This document shows, piece after piece, positions 23,261 to 30,561 of a stretch of 32,000 nucleotides of DNA. Both the position numbers and the translations under genes were made by a program. A model generated the notes under the pieces. The model did not search any database, was not told where the DNA came from, and saw only the letters and a list, made by a program, of their open reading frames with translations. Each line of letters begins with the position of its first letter. The stretch's first letter is position 1. This DNA comes from Methanopyrus kandleri AV19 (GTDB lineage: Archaea > JAADCQ01 > Methanopyri > Methanopyrales > Methanopyraceae). The stretch spans positions 360,001 through 392,000 of the forward strand of contig NC_003551.1 of the NCBI RefSeq assembly GCF_000007185.1. Reading direction: 5' to 3'.

Positions 23261-24133
23261 ATGGGAAAAGTCGCTTTACGGACCACCGAGTCGCCAGTCC
23301 AGGGAGTGTCCGGTTTGGTCCTAGAAAGGATCTTCGAGGAAGCTGAAGGCGAAGGACGTGGTGCGTTGATCGGGTACTTGACCTGTGGACACCCAGGACT
23401 CGAAGAGACCGTCTCACTGGCTCGGGCGCTTCGTGATGGAGGTGTGGATATCCTGGAACTCGGGGTTCCGTTCTCCGAGCCCATCGCCGACGGTCCGACG
23501 ATACAGAAGGCGGTAGACGAGGCGTTACGAGCGGGCACTACACCGTGGGACTGCTTAGAGGTCGCAGAGGAGGTGTCCGAGTTCGTCCCCGTCGTGCTCC
23601 TATGTTACTACAATACGCTCCACGCCAACGGATTTGAGCGATATCTCTCGGCGGCGGCGGAGGCCGGTGTCTCCGGAATCATAGTGGCGGACATGCCGGT
23701 CGAGGAATCCGACGAGGTCCACTCCGTCGCTCGAGATCTCGAGATCGACGTGATCTACCTGGTAGCCCCTTCCACGACCGATGAGCGGCTGAAGAAGATA
23801 GGGGAAAGAGCCTCAGGGTTCGTGTACGTGATCTCCAGGTACGGCGTCACCGGAGCCCGACGGGATCTTTCCGAAGATACCCTGGAGCTCGTTCGTTGGG
23901 TGCGTGACCACGTCGACGTACCGGTAGCCGTGGGGTTCGGGATCTCGGAACGTTGGCACGTGGAGGAGGTAATAGCCGCGGGCGCTGACGGGGCGATCGT
24001 TGGATCGGCGTTCATCAAGGAGATACACCGGTCCGAGGACATAGCGGAAGCGGAAGAGCGGGTTAGAGAGCTCGCGAAGGAGTTGGTGGAGGGTGCCCGG
24101 GACGGGTACCGTCGAAGATCATCCTCTGAGTGA
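23261..24133 (+). CDS. trpA: tryptophan synthase alpha chain
   Basis: GALIGYLTCGHPGLEET...DILELGVPFSEPIADGPTIQKA (catalytic Glu and Asp present), ...GFVYVISRYGVTG...VAVGFGIS. The start could be ATG 23261, GTG 23306 or TTG 23315. Confidence 0.9.
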   Translation: MGKVALRTTESPVQGVSGLVLERIFEEAEGEGRGALIGYLTCGHPGLEETVSLARALRDGGVDILELGVPFSEPIADGPTIQKAVDEALRAGTTPWDCLEVAEEVSEFVPVVLLCYYNTLHANGFERYLSAAAEAGVSGIIVADMPVEESDEVHSVARDLEIDVIYLVAPSTTDERLKKIGERASGFVYVISRYGVTGARRDLSEDTLELVRWVRDHVDVPVAVGFGISERWHVEEVIAAGADGAIVGSAFIKEIHRSEDIAEAEERVRELAKELVEGARDGYRRRSSSE

Positions 24134-24499
24134 CTTACCGGCGGCTTCTTTGAGCTTCGCAGCCAGCCGTTTAGCCGCCCGGCTCAGTGCTCTCTCTGCC
24201 TCCTCCTCGAGTACTTCATCCGCGATCTCCAAGGCTCGCTCGATAACCTTCTGTGCCTCCTCCGGATCCGACAATTCGGGCTTTCTGCGTCTCAGCTCGT
24301 CCTGCAACATCCGCTCTAGATGCACATAAGCGCGGTCGGATAGCGAAGGGACGAACCGTTCGTAGAACTCCGAACTTAGGGATTCTTTCACCGAGCTTCG
24401 ATCGACCTCGAGCCTCTCCGCGAGGTATACCTCCTGCCAGAGCCTGAGGATTCTCTCGCGCGCCTTCTCCGAGGCGATGACGCGACGGGTCACGCTCAC
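24119..24499 (-). CDS. hypothetical all-alpha protein (126 aa)
   Basis: GTG start in a GTGA overlap with the upstream ORF stop. Charged helical composition. No family recognised. Confidence 0.5.
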   Translation of the reverse strand: MSVTRRVIASEKARERILRLWQEVYLAERLEVDRSSVKESLSSEFYERFVPSLSDRAYVHLERMLQDELRRRKPELSDPEEAQKVIERALEIADEVLEEEAERALSRAAKRLAAKLKEAAGKSLRG

Positions 24500-24816
24500 T
24501 CCTCCCCTAACTTGAGGTGCTTCTCGAGCTCCTCCAGAACTTTGCGAACGCCGCGTTCGGCTACGTACCCTAACCTCCAGTCGACGTCCTCTAGCGCCCG
24601 CTCCACAGTCTTACACACCGCCTCTACGACCCAGCGGTACTCGTCGACGTCGATCCCGGCGTCACGTAATCTCCTGTAGTACCGGCTGCGGAAGTTGACG
24701 GCGAAACGCTCCAGCTCCCTCTTCACCTCGTTGGAAAGTTCGACGGGGTCCAGTTCTTCCCTCACGCGATTCGAGAGGTCCGAAATTACCTCCTCAGTAG
24801 TGTGTTCAGCCGTCAA
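24496..24816 (-). CDS. hypothetical all-alpha protein (106 aa)
   Basis: TTG start with a GGGGGTTGA RBS-like element upstream. Translationally coupled to the 24119-24499 ORF. No family recognised. Confidence 0.5.
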   Translation of the reverse strand: MTAEHTTEEVISDLSNRVREELDPVELSNEVKRELERFAVNFRSRYYRRLRDAGIDVDEYRWVVEAVCKTVERALEDVDWRLGYVAERGVRKVLEELEKHLKLGEE

Positions 24817-24998
24817 CTGTCAACCCCCGTGAGTCGAGGGATGAACGTGAAGATAATGGAAAACCTCCGACAATGGACGGGGGGTCGGGAAGTCCGCCTA
24901 CGGTCATCCCTTAGGGGTCCCACAAGGCTGAACTCATCATCCCTCCTTCCGCGCAAAGCTTTTACGACCTCGCATTTCCGTCACACGCATGGGTAGTC

Positions 24999-25073
24999 GG
25001 GCCCGCAGCTCAGTCCGGTTAGAGCGCGGGGCTCATAACCCCGTGGTCCCGGGTTCAAATCCCGGCGGGCCCA
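24999..25073 (+). tRNA. tRNA with anticodon CAT, intron-less, C at position 8; acceptor stem is tRNA-Ile-like, so possibly tRNA-Ile2(CAU) rather than Met
   Basis: Hand-folded: GGGCCCG-CA-GCTC-AGTCCGGTTA-GAGC-G-CGGGG-CTCATAA-CCCCG-TGGTC-CCGGG-TTCAAAT-CCCGG-CGGGCCC-A. Followed by CCC, so CCA is not fully encoded. Confidence 0.9.
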
Positions 25074-25078
25074 CCCTG

Positions 25079-25104
25079 AAAACGTTATGTAATTTATAAC
25101 CTTT
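25079..25104. repeat. AT-rich quasi-palindromic element, copy B (AAAACGTTATGTAATTTATAACCTTT), 6 nt beyond the discriminator base of the second tRNA(CAU)
   Basis: Arms AAACGTTAT and ATAACCTTT (8/9 complementary) around GTAATTT. Ends in a T-run. Confidence 0.6.
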
Positions 25105-25120
25105 CCCTCGGGAAGATCCC

Positions 25121-26080
25121 TCATGTAAGAACGAACGGAACGGGGTACAGGACGGCGACCGCGGACATCACCTTCCAGTCCAGCCCGTTACGGCGGCTGT
25201 AAAGGTACAGCAGTACCATCGCCGCGAGTGGCACGGTAACGGTAGCCAGTTCCCTCGAACCGAGACGCCAGCTCGTGAACAGGAGTCCCACGGCGACTGG
25301 AAACGTCGCCTGGAATACCATTGCACCCGTCACATTACCCAGGGCTAGGTCGTCGCGGCCTTTCAGGTACCAGATCACGCTGTTCAGCTTCTCAGGGAGT
25401 TCCGTGGCGATCGGTGCGAGAAGACACGACACAGTGAACGGGTCGGCCCCGAGCCTCTCCGCCAGTCGTTCCACCGCATCCGCGAACCCGTGCGCCCCGG
25501 CCACCAACAGAGCGACCGAACCGACGAGGAACACGGCGGCCAACAGACCCGCCAGTACTGGGTGTGCCATTTCGAGCTCGATGGAAGGCTGCTCAACCAC
25601 GTCCCCGGTTCTCAGGAGCCGTCGCACGTAAACCAGATACAACAGGAACAGCACGGCTGCAACCGCGAAATGGGCGGGTTTGAAATCCGTGAGTGATACC
25701 GCAAGCACTAAGGAGTAAGCCACCAGAAAATGTCGAGCATCTAAGCTGAAGTGGGAGGTCTTTATCACGGGCCGCCGCCGACGGCCCATCAAGTACGCCG
25801 CGAGCACCGAAAGACCTCCTATCCCCATAGCGACCGTCGACAACATCAGGGGAGCGCCTAAAATGGCACCTACCGCCACTCCTTCTCGGTATCCCGCGAT
25901 GATCGCTACGATAGGTACTAAGGTTTCGGGTAGGGCTGTGGCCACGGCGGCTATGAAACTCCCGGTGAATCCCGACGGCAACTTGAACCGGTAACTGATC
26001 CACTCGACGGTGTTCGTGAACAGCCAGGCACCCAGGAGCAAGGCCCCGAAGCTGGCCGCTATCTGCGCTATCAGCGTCAA
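25121..26080 (-). CDS. Ca2+/Na+ (cation) antiporter, CaCA/YrbG family membrane protein
   Basis: 319 aa, about 10 hydrophobic helices. Two alpha-repeat signatures: GSFIAAVATALPETLV and LLAPIATELPEKL...ALGNVTGAMVFQATF. Confidence 0.8.
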   Translation of the reverse strand: MTLIAQIAASFGALLLGAWLFTNTVEWISYRFKLPSGFTGSFIAAVATALPETLVPIVAIIAGYREGVAVGAILGAPLMLSTVAMGIGGLSVLAAYLMGRRRRPVIKTSHFSLDARHFLVAYSLVLAVSLTDFKPAHFAVAAVLFLLYLVYVRRLLRTGDVVEQPSIELEMAHPVLAGLLAAVFLVGSVALLVAGAHGFADAVERLAERLGADPFTVSCLLAPIATELPEKLNSVIWYLKGRDDLALGNVTGAMVFQATFPVAVGLLFTSWRLGSRELATVTVPLAAMVLLYLYSRRNGLDWKVMSAVAVLYPVPFVLT

Positions 26081-26094
26081 GGGGGCCAGTCCCC

Positions 26095-26403
26095 GTGTCC
26101 GGAACGATCAAACTGAGCCGGTGTGGTCTTCGGGCTCCCACGTGCGAGCCCGTCCGGAGATCCTACTTCGAACGACTTCGCAGATACCGCGATTATCAAG
26201 TGAGGGAGCTCTATGAGTCAGGTGTACGGATAAAGGTGTTGGCCCGAGTGTTCGACCTCTCCGAAGGGGAGATCAAAGAAATCCTCCTCTCGCCGCCGCG
26301 GTGCGCGCGCTGCGGCAAACCGCTCCGCACGAACGTGCCACTATGCTCCGAGTGCGAACGGGTGCTGGAGGGAGATGATAGGAGCCGTACTGATGGGAGG
26401 TAA
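26095..26403 (+). CDS. small HTH plus zinc-ribbon protein, putative transcription regulator
   Basis: YQVRELYESGVRIKVLARVFDLSEGEIKEIL (sigma-r4/LuxR-like HTH) followed by CARCG...CSEC. The start is uncertain (GTG 26095 or GTG 26200). Confidence 0.5.
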   Translation: MSGTIKLSRCGLRAPTCEPVRRSYFERLRRYRDYQVRELYESGVRIKVLARVFDLSEGEIKEILLSPPRCARCGKPLRTNVPLCSECERVLEGDDRSRTDGR

Positions 26404-26872
26404 GGGCCGAAGGCTCGGCGGCGACAAACCTTGGCTGACGGTGAACGGTCGGCCGATCGTAGAATGGGCGACGGAAATGCTGCGTAGGATCGGTTGCGAG
26501 GAGGTCTACGCGGTTTCACCCCGTAGGGACGGACGCTGGGACGGGCCATGGTTGCGGGATAGTAAGGGATCAGGACCTATGGCGGGCGTGAGGGCGGTGT
26601 TCCGAGAGTTCCCGAACGAAATAGTGTGCGTGACGTCATGCGACGTCGTGTTCGACCCCAGAATATTTCGAGAAGTCGCCGAACCCCCTTGTCACACCCG
26701 CGGGACCCTGTTCCCGTTCCTGGTACGCGCGGAGGACGCACCGGAACACCGCACCGTTAGAGAGTTCTTGAAGAATATAGGATCCACGGAATTGGAGGTA
26801 CCGGCGACGGACCTGGATGAGCTAGAGGACTTACCGCGATATCGAGCACTGCTTTCCCGAATCACCGGATGA
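26375..26872 (+). CDS. MobA-like nucleotidyltransferase (molybdenum cofactor guanylyltransferase family), short form
   Basis: N-terminal GAVLMGGKGRRLGGDKPWL signature, then GPMAGV and a CD acidic motif (VTSCDVVF). 165 aa, shorter than typical MobA. Confidence 0.6.
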   Translation: MIGAVLMGGKGRRLGGDKPWLTVNGRPIVEWATEMLRRIGCEEVYAVSPRRDGRWDGPWLRDSKGSGPMAGVRAVFREFPNEIVCVTSCDVVFDPRIFREVAEPPCHTRGTLFPFLVRAEDAPEHRTVREFLKNIGSTELEVPATDLDELEDLPRYRALLSRITG

Positions 26873-28859
26873 ACTTCCCTCTCCGCCTGCGTTGGTACTC
26901 TTCGATGCAACGCAGTATACGTTCTTTTTCCCGCTCCCGCTCGCGTTCTTCCCACCGCTTCCGAGTTCTTCTCACGGCCCTTCGGAGCTCGTCCGATTCC
27001 ACGAGGGCCAGAGTACCTGCCCTCTTCACGGTCACGTCTTCACCCTCACGGAGTAGTGGCAGATCGAGGCGACGAAACTCCTCCAAAGCGTGTTCCGGTA
27101 TCGACGCATCCTCCGGTACGATCACGGCCTCAGGACTCAGGTCGGAGAGCTCTCTAACGTTCGACTCACTCATGCCGCTGGGATCTTCGACGTAAAGCAC
27201 GAACACCGGCGGAGTTTCTAACCCAGCGAGCGCCTCGTGCGACGCTTTCTCCACCTCGACTACCGGTATTCCTTTACCCGACCGAAGGATGGCGTTGAGC
27301 CTCTCGGCCCGTCTCAACTCCCGTTCTAGGCGTTCCCGACGTGACTTTTCGCGGATCAGTTCACGTCTTAAGCGCTCGATCTCACGCTCCTTAGCCTCGA
27401 GCTTACGACCTATCTTTTCCTCAACGAGCTCCTCCATCCTATCGCGCATCCGATCCAACTTCTCCTTGAGCTCTTCGTTCTCGCGCTTGAGACGCTCAAC
27501 GAGACGTTCTAAGTGCTCAATCTCATGTTCGTACTTCTTGACCTTTTTCTCGTACGCGCGCAATTCTTTCTTCAACGAGGCGATACGCTCACGGTATCGA
27601 TGGATCTTCTCGCGCTCTTCCCGCCGTTCACGCTCCACCTGGCGCTCTTCTTCCACTATCCGGAGGGCGTCCACAACCGGGAGTCCCTTGATCACGTAGC
27701 TGGCGGCCCGAAGTACGTCCCGGCGCTTGATCTCTTCCGAAGCTTTGCGCTCGACCTTACGCAGAGCCGGCTTCACGATCGCGTGGTATGCCTTTACCGC
27801 CGCAGCCAGCGCGTCACGTTGGTGGGTGTCCCTGGGTCTGATATTCTGGTCTCGCCGGGCGAGATGTCCCTTCACAAGTTCACGTTTCTCGTCCACCGAG
27901 AGCCGACGATCCGGCACGTAAAGCCGTGCTCCCAGGGATCGGGCCAGCCGTCGAACGGCCTGAGGGACAGGAGTGACGTCGGTGGCGACTACCGCAGGTC
28001 TACCCAGTGACTCGATCCGCTCGGTGAGCTCACTGAAGGACAGCTCACGGGAACTCTCGAGGTGTACGACCTCACCGTCCGCGTTGAGAACTGCCAAGGC
28101 CGTGGTCGTCCCGGGATCCACGCCGATGGTGAGAAGCTCACGGCGGTGGGAGGTGTCCCGGAACGTGATCCGGTCGCGAAGTACGGGCTCGACGTCGATC
28201 TTGATCTCCCGCGCGTCGACCTTGTTCACGACGGGTTTCACGCGATCGTACCGCTCGTACACGGTGAACTCGGCACTGGCGTACCCTCCCTCGGCCTTTC
28301 TGACCCGAAGGTCGTACTCCATCCCCTCCGCTTCGAGGAGCCGTTGGAGCTCTCTCGTGGCTCTCTTCACCGCGGCGTGCAGGTTCCTGGCGTAACGTGA
28401 CTGACTGTACCCTCCCTGACCGGGCCTTCGCAAACGACCTATTCGGACCCTCGTCTCGTCCTCCAGCACGAACGCCTCCACACCAACCCCGAGTTCCGCC
28501 AGGCGCGCACACGTCAGCGCTTCCTCTTCGGGGTTCCGGGGATCGGGCGTCGGGAGGCCGTGTTCACGCGCCAAACGTTGGAGTGACCGTTGATCACCGG
28601 GCTTTCCCGTGACTTGAACTAACTTGAGCTCGGGATGCGACTTCACGAGTTCTAAGAACTCAGAAGCCCCGTCCAGGAGTTCGTAGACGTCATCCACGGC
28701 GACCACGTCCGGTTTCAGCGAGAGAATGAGATCGAAGAGCTCACGCTTGGAGAGACGTTTCTTGAGGACTTCCTCACCATCCTCCAGTATCGCGACGGCA
28801 TATTCCGGGGGTTCGGACCGGACGATGTCGATCCCTACTACGATCACGTCCGAAACCAC
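26862..28859 (-). CDS. DUF460/COG2433-type protein: two RNase-H-fold (RuvC/YqgF-like) modules separated from a C-terminal domain by a long coiled coil
   Basis: 665 aa. VIVVGIDIV...DVVAVDDV and LLTIGVDPGTTTALAVLNADGEVV...AVVATDV nuclease-like beta-strand/acidic patterns. About 130 aa of E/R/K heptad-rich sequence (nt 27287-27677). Confidence 0.65.
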   Translation of the reverse strand: MVSDVIVVGIDIVRSEPPEYAVAILEDGEEVLKKRLSKRELFDLILSLKPDVVAVDDVYELLDGASEFLELVKSHPELKLVQVTGKPGDQRSLQRLAREHGLPTPDPRNPEEEALTCARLAELGVGVEAFVLEDETRVRIGRLRRPGQGGYSQSRYARNLHAAVKRATRELQRLLEAEGMEYDLRVRKAEGGYASAEFTVYERYDRVKPVVNKVDAREIKIDVEPVLRDRITFRDTSHRRELLTIGVDPGTTTALAVLNADGEVVHLESSRELSFSELTERIESLGRPAVVATDVTPVPQAVRRLARSLGARLYVPDRRLSVDEKRELVKGHLARRDQNIRPRDTHQRDALAAAVKAYHAIVKPALRKVERKASEEIKRRDVLRAASYVIKGLPVVDALRIVEEERQVERERREEREKIHRYRERIASLKKELRAYEKKVKKYEHEIEHLERLVERLKRENEELKEKLDRMRDRMEELVEEKIGRKLEAKEREIERLRRELIREKSRRERLERELRRAERLNAILRSGKGIPVVEVEKASHEALAGLETPPVFVLYVEDPSGMSESNVRELSDLSPEAVIVPEDASIPEHALEEFRRLDLPLLREGEDVTVKRAGTLALVESDELRRAVRRTRKRWEEREREREKERILRCIEEYQRRRRGKFIR

Positions 28860-28922
28860 CCGGCCGGAGGCCTCTTAGGTTTATCAGACCGTAGAGCTCA
28901 GTAACTTGCGGGGGCCGTTCAG

Positions 28923-29306
28923 GTGAATCCGGCACCTTCCGAGCTGCGGTTCGGCGCCTACGCTATTGACTGCGTGATCACGGCCGTGATGTCATTGTTA
29001 ATATGTCTGGCTTTAGCACGTCCGGTGACTCCGGTGAGATTCCTCAGCACTTGGTCACTGATTTCGTGGATATACTGGACGATGTTCGAAGGCACCTACG
29101 GAGAAAGCCCAGGCAAACGGGTTTTCGGACTCAAGGTCGTCAACGAAGAAGGAGAGGCCGTGAGTCTTCCGGAGGCGGCCATTCGAAACGTTTCGAAGGC
29201 CCTACCCGTAGTGTGCTACGTGGACGGTGCGTTGATCCTGCTGACCGAATCGCGACAACGGGCGTTCGACCTCCTGGCGGGGACGTTCGTCGTCACTTCA
29301 GGATGA
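28923..29306 (+). CDS. RDD-family membrane protein
   Basis: 127 aa. RFGAYAIDCVI..., GKRVFGLKVV, and C-terminal RQRAFDLLAGTFVV, with 2-3 transmembrane helices. GTG start. Confidence 0.7.
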   Translation: MNPAPSELRFGAYAIDCVITAVMSLLICLALARPVTPVRFLSTWSLISWIYWTMFEGTYGESPGKRVFGLKVVNEEGEAVSLPEAAIRNVSKALPVVCYVDGALILLTESRQRAFDLLAGTFVVTSG

Positions 29307-29832
29307 GTTGCCTGGCGACGGAGTTCGCCATGTGATCGCCGCAGAGCTCTCGAACTACCTCTAAGCAGGCGTCGATTGCGAACGCTGGGCCCCTACTAGT
29401 CACCACGTTCCCGTCCCTCACCACCCCTTTAGGCACGGGCTCCGCGCCGTTCACCTTGAGCTCCGCCTCAAATCCGGGGTACGTGGTCGCCTTCCTTCCC
29501 CGTAGAACCCCAGCCTCCGCGAGGACTAATGCTCCGGAAGATAAGCCCACTACCATACCACCGTCGGATTCTACAGACCGGACAAGGTCCAAGCAGTGCC
29601 GATAACCGATCAGCGTCGTGGGCGCGGATCCGCCGAGCACGACCACACCCTCGTAATCGTCCCCCTCGACGTCCCACACCGTGGAGTCGACGCCCACTTC
29701 CATACCTCCCATCCCTTCAGCACGCTCCTCGACCCCCACCAAATCCCAATCGAGCCCGCCGCGTGAGAGTACACTCACGACCGCGCCGAGCTCGAGCTCC
29801 TCAAACCCGTCGTCCACCAGCACCGCGATCAA
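29293..29832 (-). CDS. DJ-1/PfpI/ThiJ superfamily protein with Ser at the nucleophile-elbow position
   Basis: IAVLVDDGFEELELGAVVSVL..., YEGVVVLGG, and MVVGLSSGALVLAEAG where family members have (I/A)C(A/H)GP. TTG start with a GGGAGGT RBS 8 nt upstream. Confidence 0.8.
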   Translation of the reverse strand: MIAVLVDDGFEELELGAVVSVLSRGGLDWDLVGVEERAEGMGGMEVGVDSTVWDVEGDDYEGVVVLGGSAPTTLIGYRHCLDLVRSVESDGGMVVGLSSGALVLAEAGVLRGRKATTYPGFEAELKVNGAEPVPKGVVRDGNVVTSRGPAFAIDACLEVVRELCGDHMANSVARQLILK

Positions 29833-29845
29833 GGGGGAACCTCCC

Positions 29846-30271
29846 TTGCTCGTCGTCTCCCTGGGGTGTCCGAAGATCCCACCGAAGATCTCCTCCGCGA
29901 TTTACGCGTGCTACCGGTATGACGATAGAGCGTTAGTACTCAGCACCGAGGCGGGATGTAAGCTCCTCGAGTACGCCGACCCTGAGAAGGAGTACGTGGA
30001 TGAAACTCGAACGTACGAGAAATACCTAGAGGACCCGGATGCCGCCGGTATCCTGCTCGCGTTCGTGACGAACGATACGGAATTACAGATAGCGGTCACC
30101 CTGAAGGAGGTATCGGAACCCGACGACGCGAGGGCGGTATGTACCGAGGAGTTCGAGGATCGGCTCGAGGACTGCGGGTTCCTTACCGCACCGGTAACTG
30201 GTCGGCGGTGGAAGCACGACCCGAAGAGATGGGTTAAGGCGGTCGAGGACGTGCTGGGGGCGAGTCGATGA
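29846..30271 (+). CDS. hypothetical protein (141 aa if TTG 29846 is the start)
   Basis: The 3' two-thirds of listed ORF 29681-30271. The part upstream of 29846 is S/T/P-rich and antisense to the DJ-1 gene. ATGA coupling to the next ORF. The start is uncertain (alternative GTG about 44 codons further in). Confidence 0.4.
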   Translation: MLVVSLGCPKIPPKISSAIYACYRYDDRALVLSTEAGCKLLEYADPEKEYVDETRTYEKYLEDPDAAGILLAFVTNDTELQIAVTLKEVSEPDDARAVCTEEFEDRLEDCGFLTAPVTGRRWKHDPKRWVKAVEDVLGASR

Positions 30272-30561
30272 CGTTCTGCCTCGAGGAGCGGGAGTACGAG
30301 ATACTAATGGCGAGAAGGCCGTTCGACGACTGTGCGAGATACATCGAATCGAAGTTTGGAAACATCGTCAAGTTACAGCCTGGTGAGGAGATTCTGCCGG
30401 GACTTCGAGCGATAGGATACGGGAAAATCCCGGTGGCGTACGGGGATGAATGGATTGTACTACCGATAACGAAACCGTGCCACGGGAGCTTCGTCGTGAA
30501 GATAGAAGTTAGTGCAGAAGAACTCGAGTGGTTCCTGAAGAAGCATGTAAGCGGGCGTTAG
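30268..30561 (+). CDS. hypothetical protein (97 aa)
   Basis: ATG in an ATGA overlap with the upstream stop. Mixed alpha/beta-looking sequence with 3 Cys. No family recognised. Confidence 0.5.
   Translation: MTFCLEEREYEILMARRPFDDCARYIESKFGNIVKLQPGEEILPGLRAIGYGKIPVAYGDEWIVLPITKPCHGSFVVKIEVSAEELEWFLKKHVSGR

Noticed and set aside
24931-24937. Perfect C-box heptamer ATGATGA on the minus strand in the 182-bp spacer upstream of tRNA(CAU), a possible C/D box sRNA
   Set aside because: Reading downstream on that strand I found no CTGA D or D' box and no C' box at appropriate spacing, and no terminal stem. A single heptamer is expected by chance.
22021-25121. Possibility that the segment bounded by the two tRNA(CAU) genes and their shared 3' elements is an integrated mobile element
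   Set aside because: I found no integrase, transposase or phage-like gene. Composition is normal high GC. The content (THUMP-SPOUT, trpA) looks chromosomal, and the shared element is an imperfect palindrome rather than a direct repeat of a tRNA 3' end.
25275-26141. Alternative-frame ORFs (118 aa plus strand, 182 aa minus strand) within the antiporter gene
   Set aside because: The 319-aa frame gives about 10 coherent hydrophobic helices with two CaCA alpha-repeats. The alternatives are R/G/S-rich with no structure-like pattern.
27289-27699. 136-aa plus-strand R/S-rich ORF
   Set aside because: It is the mirror image of the E/R/K coiled-coil region of the DUF460 gene. Antisense of GAG/AAG/CGN repeats trivially stays open.
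29182-29197. Perfect 16-bp palindrome TTCGAAACGTTTCGAA inside the RDD gene, sharing the AAACGTT core with the tRNA-flanking element
   Set aside because: About 0.5 perfect 16-bp palindromes are expected by chance in 32 kb (32000 x 4^-8). It lies within a coding frame (AIRNVSKA) and lacks the flanking AATTT/TAAC blocks.
29681-29845. N-terminal 55 codons (MESTPTSIPPIPSARSSTPTKSQSSPP...) of listed ORF 29681-30271
   Set aside because: This part is antisense to the DJ-1/PfpI gene and is pure S/T/P low complexity. Normal protein-like sequence begins only after the DJ-1 start.
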